Assembly (NCBI GenBank): GCA_963761305.1
Contig: CAVXGK010000002.1
Location: forward strand, 416,001-480,000
DNA from: an uncultured Gemmatimonadaceae bacterium
GTDB taxonomy: Bacteria; Gemmatimonadota; Gemmatimonadetes; Gemmatimonadales; Gemmatimonadaceae
Direction of reading: 5' to 3'
Length of the DNA: 64,000 nucleotides
A program made the translations under genes and the position numbers. Under the pieces are notes generated by a model. It searched no databases. It was given only the letters and a program-made list of their open reading frames with translations, and was not told the origin of the DNA. Positions 43,105-54,511 of this stretch are shown here, piece by piece; position 1 is the stretch's first letter; each line of letters starts with the position of its first letter.

Positions 43105-44446
43105 GCGAAGCACCAAGGACAAGCTGCTGGCGAAGATCCAGGACCGAAGCGCCGTCGTCGGCGTCATCGGGCTGGGCTACGTCGGCCTGCCCCTCGCCGT
43201 CGAATTCGCCAAGGCCGGATTCCGCGTCATCGGCTACGACGTGAGCGAACGCGTCGTCGCGTTGCTCATGCGCGGCGAATCGCACATCCAGGACGTGACC
43301 GCGGCCGACGTCGCCGCGCTCGTGAAGAGCGGCAAGTTCCAGGCGACCACGGATGACACCCGCCTCGCCGAGGCCGACGCGATCTCCATCGCCGTTCCGA
43401 CGCCGCTCAGCAAGACCCGCGATCCGGACATGAGCTACGTGATCTCGGCGGCGGATACGGCCACGCGGCAGGCGCGAAAAGGGATGCTCGTCGTGCTCGA
43501 GAGCACCACGTATCCGGGCACGACGCGCGAGATCCTCATGCCGGCGCTCGAGGCGAGAGGGTTCGTCGTCGGCGAAGACGTGTTCGTCGCGTTCAGCCCC
43601 GAGCGCGTCGATCCGGGCAACCCGGTTTATCAAACGAAGAACACGCCGAAGGTCGTCGGCGGAATCACGCCCGCCTGCACCGAGCTCGCGATGGCGCTCT
43701 ACGCGAGCTGCATCGATCACACGGTGCGCGTGTCGTCGCCCGAAGCGGCGGAGCTCACCAAGCTGCTCGAGAACACGTTTCGCTCGGTGAACATCGGTCT
43801 CGTGAACGAAATGGCGATCGTCTGCGACAAGCTCGGCGTGGACGTGTGGGAAGTGATCGAAGCGGCGGCGACCAAGCCGTTCGGCTTCATGAAATTCACG
43901 CCGGGACCGGGCATCGGCGGCCACTGCATTCCGCTCGACCCGCATTACCTCGCGTGGAAGATGCGCACCCTGAACTACAAGACGCGGTTCATCGACCTGG
44001 CGAGCGAGATCAACAGCCAGATGCCGGCGTTCGTCGTCGAGAAGGTGTCGCAGGCGCTCAACGTGGACCGCAAGCCGGTGAACGGAAGCCGCGTCCTCGT
44101 CCTCGGCGTCGCGTACAAGCGCGACATCGACGACGTGCGTGAGAGTCCGGCGCTCGACGTCATTCGATTGCTCGAGGAGCACGGCGCGACCGTCGAGTTC
44201 CATGATCCGCACATCGACAGCGTGCGCGAAGACGGCCACGTTCGCAAAGGCGTCCCGCTCACCAAAGAGCGGCTCGCGGACGCCGACGCCGTCGTCGTCG
44301 TCACCGACCATCGCGGCGTGGATTATCAGATGGTGGTGGACAACGCGTCGTTGATCGTCGACTCGCGCAACGTGACGGCCACCCTCGCTTCGTCGAAGGC
44401 GCGCATCGTGTCGCTTTCCGCGCGCTCGAACGGATCCGGCCGCTAG
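43094..44446 (+). CDS. Nucleotide-sugar dehydrogenase (WbpA-like UDP-GlcNAc 6-dehydrogenase)
   Basis: GLGYVGLPLA, ESTTYPGTT, SPERVDPG and GPGIGGHCIPLDP. Confidence 0.92.
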   Translation: MAAERSTKDKLLAKIQDRSAVVGVIGLGYVGLPLAVEFAKAGFRVIGYDVSERVVALLMRGESHIQDVTAADVAALVKSGKFQATTDDTRLAEADAISIAVPTPLSKTRDPDMSYVISAADTATRQARKGMLVVLESTTYPGTTREILMPALEARGFVVGEDVFVAFSPERVDPGNPVYQTKNTPKVVGGITPACTELAMALYASCIDHTVRVSSPEAAELTKLLENTFRSVNIGLVNEMAIVCDKLGVDVWEVIEAAATKPFGFMKFTPGPGIGGHCIPLDPHYLAWKMRTLNYKTRFIDLASEINSQMPAFVVEKVSQALNVDRKPVNGSRVLVLGVAYKRDIDDVRESPALDVIRLLEEHGATVEFHDPHIDSVREDGHVRKGVPLTKERLADADAVVVVTDHRGVDYQMVVDNASLIVDSRNVTATLASSKARIVSLSARSNGSGR

Positions 44447-44459
44447 GCCCGAGCACGAC

Positions 44460-45770
<1,311 letters not shown>

Positions 45771-45798
45771 GGCGCGTTCCCGCCGGCGCACGACGCCG

Positions 45799-46665
45799 AT
45801 GACCGCGCGGACGATTCTCGTCACCGGCGGCGCGGGTCACGTCGGTTCGCACGTCGTCGAGTTGCTGGTGGCGGACCCGAACAACCACGTGATCTCGCTC
45901 GACAACTACTCGACCGGCCGTCGCGACAATCACGTCGCGGGCGCCGAGTACCGCGAGGGCCACACGAAGGACATCGGGCGCCACCTCCCCGAGACGCCAG
46001 ACATCATCTATCACCTCGGCGAGTACGCCCGAATCGCGACGAGTTTCCACGACGCAGCGACCGTCTTCGACTTCAACATCGTCGGGACGGCAGCGGTGGC
46101 GGAGTTCTGCCGGCAGCGAGGCGTCGGGAAGCTCGTGTATTCGGCGTCGAGCACCAAGTTCGCGATCGAGGGCGACGGTCGGCATCAGAATCCGTATTCG
46201 TTCACTAAGGCGGTGAACGTCGATCTGATCAGCGATTATGGCCGCTGGTTCGAGCTCGATTACGCGATTTGTTACTTCTACAACGCGTTCGGCCTCCGGG
46301 AAGTCGGGACGGGGCGGTACGCGACGCTCATCGCCCGGTTTCAGGAGCTGCATCGGAGCGGGAAGCCGCTCGAGGTCGTGTCGCCCGGCACGCAGCGGCG
46401 GGCCTTCACGTACGTGCGCGACTTGGCGCGCGGCATCATCCTCGTCGGCGAACGCGGCCACGGTGACGGCTACGCTCTGCGGGCCCCCAACTCTTACAGC
46501 GTGCTGGACATCGCCAAGGCATTTGGCGGGCCGATCACGATGATCGAGGGGTACCCGGGACGCCACGACGTCGCCGACGATCCCACACGGGCGCACGACG
46601 AGCTTGGCTGGGAGGCCACCGTGGACGTCATGGACTGGATCCGGGATTTCAAGGCGGGTCGATAA
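45799..46665 (+). CDS. NAD-dependent epimerase/dehydratase family protein
   Basis: ILVTGGAGHVGSH, YSFTK (YxxxK) and GTQRRAFTYV. Confidence 0.88.
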   Translation: MTARTILVTGGAGHVGSHVVELLVADPNNHVISLDNYSTGRRDNHVAGAEYREGHTKDIGRHLPETPDIIYHLGEYARIATSFHDAATVFDFNIVGTAAVAEFCRQRGVGKLVYSASSTKFAIEGDGRHQNPYSFTKAVNVDLISDYGRWFELDYAICYFYNAFGLREVGTGRYATLIARFQELHRSGKPLEVVSPGTQRRAFTYVRDLARGIILVGERGHGDGYALRAPNSYSVLDIAKAFGGPITMIEGYPGRHDVADDPTRAHDELGWEATVDVMDWIRDFKAGR

Positions 46666-46801
46666 CCGCAAGCGGACCGGTGAACGGGCGGACGGGCACG
46701 CGGAAACGATCAGATTCCGGTGCGACTCGCACGCCCGTTGCCGGTTATCTTACGAGGTTCGCGTCCGAACCGATGCCACATTCCCGGGGTACCAGCCGGA
46801 T

Positions 46802-47617
46802 ATGCACCGATTCCCTCGCAGACTCGTCGCGGCGCTCCTCTTGGTTGGCGCCGCGGCGTGCCGGCCGGAATTTGATCTCAAGAAATACACGGACAGCCAG
46901 GCGCTCTACGCCGCCTCGCTGCACGCGTATGATCGTCACAAGTGGGATGACGCCGCCACCGGGTTCGAGAAGCTGACGACGGACCTGTCCCCGCGTGATT
47001 CGCTGCTGCCCAGGTCGTACTGGTATCTGGCGTCGGCGCACGACCACCTGGACGAGCATCTGCTCGCGGCGCAGAGCTACGACCGGCTCGTGCAGACCTT
47101 CCCCGACGATTCGCTGGCGGCCCAGGCGGCCCTCGAAACGGCGCGGTCGTACCGCAAGATGTGGCGCAAACCGCAGTTGGACCCGACGTACGGGGAGACG
47201 TCGCTGGCCTCGTACAACACGCTGATCGGGCTCTACCCGTCGTCGCCTCTCGTCGCGACGGCGCAGAAGGAGATCGGAGAGCTCGAGAACTGGTTCGCGA
47301 TCAAGGACTACGACGCCGGCATGTATTACGTCCGGCGCAAGGACCCGTATTCCTCGATCATCTACTTCAAGGACATTCTCTCGAAGTACGCGAACACACC
47401 GAAGGCCTACGACGCGGCAATCGCCCTCGTGGACGTGTACAAGGACGTCAAATACCGCGATGACGCGAGCGAAATGTGCTTGCAGGTGCGACAGCGCTAT
47501 CCGAACGACAAGCGCACCGTCGAGGCGTGCAAGGGAGTGCCGAATGCGGCCGCCACCGCCAAGGCGGACTCCGGCCAAGCCACCGCCGCAAAACCCCCGG
47601 CGCCGCCTGAGCGCTGA
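46802..47617 (+). CDS. bamD: Outer-membrane protein assembly lipoprotein BamD-like (TPR)
   Basis: Lipobox GAAAC; TPR helices with FPDDS, YPSS and AGMYYVRRK; position before nadD. Confidence 0.8.
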   Translation: MHRFPRRLVAALLLVGAAACRPEFDLKKYTDSQALYAASLHAYDRHKWDDAATGFEKLTTDLSPRDSLLPRSYWYLASAHDHLDEHLLAAQSYDRLVQTFPDDSLAAQAALETARSYRKMWRKPQLDPTYGETSLASYNTLIGLYPSSPLVATAQKEIGELENWFAIKDYDAGMYYVRRKDPYSSIIYFKDILSKYANTPKAYDAAIALVDVYKDVKYRDDASEMCLQVRQRYPNDKRTVEACKGVPNAAATAKADSGQATAAKPPAPPER

Positions 47618-47620
47618 CCG

Positions 47621-48208
47621 GTGAGGATCGGGCTCCTCGGGGGGAGCTTCGATCCCCCGCATAACGGCCACCTGTTGGCGGCCGGCGATGCGTTCGACGC
47701 GCTCTCACTCGACCGGTTGGTGTTCATTCCCGCCGCGGCTCAGCCGCTCAAGGTCGGTCTCACCGTCGCCAGCGCGGCGCAACGATTGGCAATGACGCGC
47801 CTGCTCGTCGAAGGCGATTCGCGCTTCGAGGTCGACGGGATCGAGATCGATCGGGGCGGGTTATCTTACACGGTTGACACATTGGCGACGCTTGGCGCCC
47901 GGTGGCCGGGGGCGGAGCTCTTCTGGCTCGTCGGCGCCGACGTCCTGCATTCGTTCGCCAAATGGCGAGCGCCGGAGCGTGTCGCGGCGCTTGCCACGAT
48001 CGTCGTGATGGTTCGGGGGGGGGGAGAAGGCGTGGGCGACGCGGCAACCATCGGGGCCATTCCCGGTGCGCCGCGCACGCTCGCGACGCGGCGGGTCGAC
48101 ATCTCGTCCACCGAAGTGCGCCGCCGCGTTCAGGAAGGAAAGTCGATTCGAGGATTCGTGCCGGACGCCGTCGCCGCCTTCATCGCGGCCGAGCGCCTGT
48201 ACCACTAG
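47621..48208 (+). CDS. nadD: Nicotinate-nucleotide adenylyltransferase
   Basis: GGSFDPPHNGH, SYTVDT, GAD and ISSTEVR. Confidence 0.95.
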   Translation: MRIGLLGGSFDPPHNGHLLAAGDAFDALSLDRLVFIPAAAQPLKVGLTVASAAQRLAMTRLLVEGDSRFEVDGIEIDRGGLSYTVDTLATLGARWPGAELFWLVGADVLHSFAKWRAPERVAALATIVVMVRGGGEGVGDAATIGAIPGAPRTLATRRVDISSTEVRRRVQEGKSIRGFVPDAVAAFIAAERLYH

Positions 48209-48217
48209 AGGACCGGA

Positions 48218-51200
48218 ATGTTCAAGTCAGTCATCGGCGCCGTCTTCGGAACGCGGCACGAACGCGAACGGAAGAAAATTCAGCCGGTCGTCGACGAGAT
48301 CAACGCCGAGTACGCTCGGCTCCACGACGTATCGGAAGAAGAGCTGCGCGGCCAGACGGAAAAGCTGCGCGCCATCATTCGCGATCGGACGAGCGCGCTC
48401 GAGGCGCAGGTCGCCGAGCTGCGCGAGCTCAAGCGCGCCGCCGCCGACCCGGTGGAACGGGAGCGGATAGACGCCGAGCTGAGCGGACCCGATGGCCGCA
48501 GTGGCGCGGAAGGGAAGCTGCGCGAGGAGACCGCCGACGTCCTCGACGAGATCCTCCCCGAAGCCTTTGCCACCGTGCGCGAGGGCGCGCGCCGCTTGCT
48601 GAGCAGCAACGTCGTCGTCACCGGCCGCGACATGACGTGGGACATGGTGCACTACGACGTGCAGCTCATGGGCGGCCTGCAGTTGCACTTCGGCAAGATC
48701 GCCGAAATGGCGACGGGCGAAGGCAAGACACTCGTCGCAACACTGCCGCTGTATTTGAACGCGCTGCCGGGCAAGGGCGCGCACCTGGTGACCGTCAACT
48801 CCTACCTCGCCCGCCGCGACTCGCAGTGGATGGGGCATCTGTACTCGTACCTCGGCCTCAACGTCGGCTGTCTGGACGACACCGAGCCGGGAACGCCGGA
48901 CCGGCGCAATGCGTATCTCGCCGACATCACCTACGGCACGAACAACGAGTTCGGCTTCGACTATCTGCGCGACAACATGGTCGTGTCGCTCGACCAGCGC
49001 GTGCAGCGGGGCCACGTCTACGCGATCGTCGACGAAGTGGACTCGGTGCTCATCGACGAGGCGCGCACGCCGCTCATCATCTCGGGCCCGGTTGGGAACG
49101 AGAACGACGCCATGTACTTCGAGCACAACGCGTCGGTCGCGCGACTCTTCCGACGGCAGACGGAGCTCGTGAACTCGTTGGTCGGCTTGGCCGAACGCGA
49201 CCTCGAAAAGGGCGACACCGCCGCGGCCGCACTCCATCTGTACAAGGCGCAGCTGGGAAGCCCCAAGAACAAGCGCCTCATGAAAGTGCTGCAGGAGCAA
49301 GGCACCAAACAGCTCGTGCAGAAGCAGGAGCTCGAGCACATCGCCGACCGGCGCCTGCCGGCGTCCAAACAGCTATTCCGCGACATCGAGAACGATCTCC
49401 TCTTCGTGCTCGACGAGAAGGGCCAGTCGGTGCACCTCACCGACGAGGGCGTGACGTTCATGTCGCCGAGCGAGCAAGAGACGTTCGTGCTCCCCGACCT
49501 CGCGTCGGAGATCGGCCGGCTGGATCACGATCACTCGCTGAGTCCCGAGGAGCGTCTCGAATCACGGCGAAACGTCGAGATCGCGTACGCGCAGACGGCC
49601 GAGCGGTTGAACATCGTCCACCAGCTGCTGCGCGCGCACGCGCTGTTCGAGCGCGACGTGAACTACGTCGTGCAGGACGGCGAAGTGCTCATCGTCGACG
49701 AATTCACCGGCCGCACGATGCCCGGTCGCCGGTGGTCGGAGGGCCTGCACCAGGCCGTCGAAGCGAAAGAAGGCGTGACCGTGAAGGGCGAGACGCAGAC
49801 GCTCGCCACGATCACGATCCAGAACTACTTCCGCATGTACGACAAGCTGGCCGGCATGACCGGCACGGCCGAAACGGAAGAGACGGAGTTCTTCCAGATC
49901 TACAAGCTCGAGGTCGCGGTCATCCCGACGAACAAGCCGATGGTCCGCGACGACCGGCACGACCTCGTCTACAAGACGCGCCGCGAGAAGTACAACGCGA
50001 TCGTCGAGGAGACGCGCCGTCTCCATGATCTGGGCTTCCCGGTGTTGATCGGCACGACGAGCGTCGAGTCATCGGAGACGCTGTCGAAGCTGTTCAACCG
50101 CGCCGGCCTCACGCACAACGTGCTAAACGCCAAGTACCACCAGCGCGAAGCCGAGATCGTGGCCCTCGCCGGACAGAGCGGCTCGCTCACGATCGCGACG
50201 AACATGGCCGGCCGCGGCACCGACATCAAACTCGGCCCGGGCGTCACGACGTCGAAGCCGTCGCAGATCAAGGATGCCGAGAACGAGCTCGTCGACATCG
50301 TCGAAGACGGCGGGTTGCACATCATCGGTTCGGAACGACACGAATCGCGGCGCATCGACCGGCAGCTGCGCGGACGGTCCGGCCGCCAGGGCGATCCGGG
50401 GGCGTCGCAGTTCTTCCTGTCGCTCGAAGACGATCTGATGCGGCTCTTCGGCTCCGAGCGCATCGCGTCGCTCATGGACCGCATGGGCGCGCAGGAAGGC
50501 GAGATGCTCACGCATCCGCTCATCACGCGCTCGATCGAGGGGGCGCAGAAGCGCGTCGAGCTCCAGCATTTCCAGTCGCGCAAACGGCTGCTCGACTACG
50601 ACGACGTGATGAACCAGCAGCGCGAAGTCATCTATTCGCTGCGCTCGTTCGCGCTCGAGGGCGGGGAAGAGCTCAAGGGCGAAGCGCTCAAGATGATCGA
50701 GAAGGCGATCACCTTCCGCGTCGAGACGAACCTCGAGGAATTCCAGGAGGGCGAGCAGTGGGATTTCGACCTGCTCCGCCAGGACCTCCTGATGCATTAT
50801 CTGCTTCAGGTTCCTGAATTCGAGAAGCACGATCTGCGGCCGACCGACAAGACGGGCGCGCAGACCGCCGCCGTCGAAGCGTCGCGAAAGGCGTTCTACG
50901 CCAAGCTCGCGAGTCTCGACACCGTCCGCGACGATCAGGGCACGCCGTACGGCGACCGCCTGCTCTCGTTGGTCATGCTCAACGTGCTGGACGAGAAGTG
51001 GAAGGACCATCTCTACGATCTCGACCAGCTCCGCAACACGATCACCTATCGCAGCTGGGGTCAGAAGGACCCGCTCATCGAGTACAAGCAGGAGGCGTAC
51101 TCGATGTTCGTGGACCTCATGAACGACATCTACAGCACGTTCGCCGACCGCTTCCTCAAGGTGCAGCTCGTGTTCGAGGCGCCGGCGCCGCCGCCCCCGC

Positions 51201-51509
51201 CTCAGCAAGCCAAGCCGACCAAGCGCTACAACGCGCTCGGCATCCTCGAGGATGTGCCGGTCGAAGAGACCAAGGGCCCCTCGACCAACGGCAACGACGC
51301 GGTGGTCGACAGCGGGCCGGCCGAGGAGCCGGCGGAGACGCCGATCACAGCGCGCAAGGATCCGGTGATCTTCGGCGCGGGACGAACCCGATCACTCTCG
51401 GGCAGCCAGCAGCCGGCCAACGTCGATTGGGCGAACGTCGGCCGCAACGACCCGTGTCCGTGCGGGTCGGGCAAGAAATATCAAGAAGTGCCACGGAGCG
51501 ACCGCATGA
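48218..51509 (+). CDS. secA: Preprotein translocase SecA; apparent +1 frameshift in the SEC-C motif near 51480
   Basis: EMATGEGKT, DEVDSVLIDEARTPL, TNMAGRG and GRNDPCPCGSGKKY, then KKCHG in the next frame. Confidence 0.97.
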
Positions 51510-51625
51510 GGACTCGGGGACGCGTGCGACTGGAGTCCCTCTGATTCAGCCGGCGCCGATTTGGTGACGGCAACGAGGGGTTAAGTGCACATCTTGGCCG
51601 TCAACTTTTACGACGACGGCCTTCC

Positions 51626-52330
51626 ATGGCTGGCCAGGAATCAGAGAAATCATTAAGTATTCGAGAGTTGCCCCGTTCGGAGCGGCCTCGAGAGCGGCTC
51701 ATCGATCTCGGAGCGCAGGCGCTCAGCAGTGCCGAGTTGCTCGCGATTCTGATGGGATCGGGCGGCGTGGGCCGCACGGCGGTGCAGTTGGGACACGCGG
51801 TTCTCGCCGATGCCGGCGGCGCGCTGCGGCGCATTGCTCGTCAGCCGGTGGCCGCCCTCACGGCGATTCCAGGGGTAGGAATGGCTCGTGCGGTGACGAT
51901 TCACGCGTCGTTGGAGCTCGGACGGCGCATGGCTCTCGAAGCGCGACAGGACGGCGCGCCGGTGCGGTCACCGCGCGACGTCGTCGAGTACTTCGCGCCG
52001 CGAATGGAGGATTTGCCCGTGGAGGAGTTTCACGTCGCCGTGCTCGACGCGCAGCATCGACTCGAGCGTGACATCACCGTCACGCGCGGGCTGCTGTCGT
52101 CGTCGCTGGTGCATCCGCGGGAGGTCTTTCGCGAGGCGATCGCCGAGCGCGCCGCGGCCGTGATTCTCGTCCACAACCATCCCAGCGGCGATCCGGTCCC
52201 GTCCGCCGACGACCGAGCGATCACCGAGCAGCTCGTCGCGGCCGGACGACTGCTCGACATTCCCGTCCACGACCACGTGATCATCGGCCGCGGCCGGTAC
52301 ACGAGCTTCGCCGAGGCTGGCCTCCTGTGA
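51626..52330 (+). CDS. radC: RadC-family JAB-domain protein (full length, with HhH region)
   Basis: ERPRERL, VHPREVF, HNHPSGDPVPSADD and DHVIIG. Confidence 0.93.
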   Translation: MAGQESEKSLSIRELPRSERPRERLIDLGAQALSSAELLAILMGSGGVGRTAVQLGHAVLADAGGALRRIARQPVAALTAIPGVGMARAVTIHASLELGRRMALEARQDGAPVRSPRDVVEYFAPRMEDLPVEEFHVAVLDAQHRLERDITVTRGLLSSSLVHPREVFREAIAERAAAVILVHNHPSGDPVPSADDRAITEQLVAAGRLLDIPVHDHVIIGRGRYTSFAEAGLL

Positions 52331-54502
52331 CCGCGACGAGCGCGACCGCGGTCGGGGAGCTGATGCCGGGGTGGCGCGAGAACGAGCCGCCGCTCCACGA
52401 GAAGCTCGATCGCGACCTGCTGATGCACGCCTATCGCTTCAGCGAAGAGGCGCATCGCGGCCAGCGGCGCAACTCGGGCGAGCCGTACATCACGCACTCG
52501 GTCGAAGTCGCGAAAATTCTGGCCGAGCTCCAGCTGGACTCGGTGACCGTCGCCGCCGGATTGTTGCACGACGTCGTCGAGGACACGAAGCTCACCATCG
52601 CCGACGTCCAGAAGGAATTCGGGCGGCCGATCGCCGACATCGTCGACGGCCTCACGAAGATCGCCAAGCTGCCGACGGGCGGGTCGACGCAGGAGCGGCA
52701 GGTCGAGAGTTACCGCAAGCTGCTGCTCTCGATCGCCAAAGACGCGCGCGTCATCATCGTCAAGCTCGCCGACCGCCTGCACAACATGCGGACGCTCGAG
52801 TATCTGCCGCCGGAAAAGCGCGTGCGCATCGCGCAGGAGACGCGCGACCTGTACGCGCCGCTCGCCCACCGCTTCGGTATGGCGAAGCTGCGGTGGGAGC
52901 TCGAGGACCTCTCGTTCAAGCACATCGAGTCCGACGAGTACAAGGCGCTGGCCAAGAAGGTCGCGCAGAAGCGCGGCGAGCGCGAAGCGCTCATCAAGCA
53001 GATGGCCGAGCCGCTCATCGCGCGGCTCACGCAATCCGGCATCAAGGACGTCGAGGTCACGGGCCGGCCCAAGCACCTGTGGTCGATCTACAAGAAGATG
53101 AAGCAGCGCGAGAAGCCGTACGAGGAGATCTACGACCTTCTCGCCATTCGCGTGCTCGTCAACTCGGTGCCCGACTGCTACCACGCGCTCGGCGTCATCC
53201 ACGACGGATGGACGCCGGTGCAGGAGCGCATCAAGGACTACATCGCGCAGCCGAAGTCGAACGGATACCAGTCGCTGCACACGACGGTGTTCGGACCGGG
53301 CAAACAGCTCTACGAAGTCCAGATTCGCACGCGCGAGATGCACCGCACCGCGGACTACGGCATCGCCGCGCACTGGCGCTACAAGGAGGACGCGAAGAGC
53401 GACGAGCTCGACCGGCACCTCTCGTGGTTCCGGCAAGTGCTCGAGCTGCAGATGGACGCCAAGACGCCGGACGAATTTCTCGAATTCCTCAAGCTCGACT
53501 TGTACCAGGACGAGATCTTCGTCTTCACGCCAACGGGCGACGTCATCCAGCTGCCCAAGGGCGCGACGCCGCTCGACTTCGCGTTCGCGGTGCACACGGA
53601 GATCGGGCTGCATTGCGCCGGCGCGAAGGTGAACGGCCGCATCGCGCCCCTCTCACGGCCGCTGCGGAACTCGGAGACGGTCGAGATCATCACGTCGAAC
53701 ACCGCGCGCCCGACCCGCGACTGGCTCGCCCACGTCCGGACCGGCCGCGCGCGCCACAAGATCCGTCAGGTGCTCAAGCGCGAGGCGCAGTCCTCGGCCG
53801 AGAAGCTCGGCCAGGACATGCTCGACCGCGAGGTGAAGCGCCGGCGCCTGACGCGTCCCGACGACGACCAGATGTTCGCCGCCGCGAGGGCGCTGAATCT
53901 CAACGACGCCACGCACTTGCTCGCGTCCATCGGGCAGGGCGACGTCAACGTCACGCTGGCGCTCAAGCATCTCTATCCCGACGTGCACGAGGTCGAAACG
54001 CCGAAGCCGAACGTCTTCGAGCGGTTCGTGGATCGAGTGCGCGGTACGAAGGGCGTTCGCATTCAAGGCCAGGACGGCCTGATGGTGCGCTACGCGCAGT
54101 GCTGTCAGCCCGTGCCCGGCGATCTCGTCGTCGGCTACGTGACGCGCGGGCGCGGTGTGAGCATCCATCGCGCGCGACTGTCCGAATCTGCTCATCCTGG
54201 CGCACGAGCCGGAGCGCCGTCTCGAGATCGATTGGCAGGAGGCGCAGGGCGAACGCTTCGGCATTCGTCTGGCGCTCGAGGGCAACGACCGGCGCGGCCT
54301 GTACGCCGACATTGCGGCCGCCGTGAGCTCGACCGGCACGGACATCAAGAGCATGGATCTGCGAAGCACCGACGGGCGGTTGACCGGATCGCTGCTCGTC
54401 GAGGTGGAGAACCTCGCGCACCTGGAGAAGATCATCCGCGCGGCGCGACGCGTGAAAGGCGTGACCGAGGTGGCGCGCCGCGAGCGGGTGGTCGCGGAGT
54501 AG
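52327..54502 (+). CDS. relA: Bifunctional (p)ppGpp synthetase/hydrolase RelA/SpoT; apparent +1 frameshift near 54172
   Basis: HRGQRRNSGEPY, LLHDVVED, KLADRLHNMRTL, YQSLHT and TGS domain; CPN and ACT domain continue in the next frame to TAG at 54502. Confidence 0.95.
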
Positions 54503-54511
54503 CCGAGGCGG

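Noticed and set aside
51508..51542. Intrinsic terminator after secA
   Set aside because: Only an imperfect GAGGACTC/GAGTCCCTC stem with a long loop and no U-tract
51626..52330. RadC as a sign of a mobile element or defence island
   Set aside because: Full-length chromosomal-type radC overlapping relA, with no mobility genes nearby
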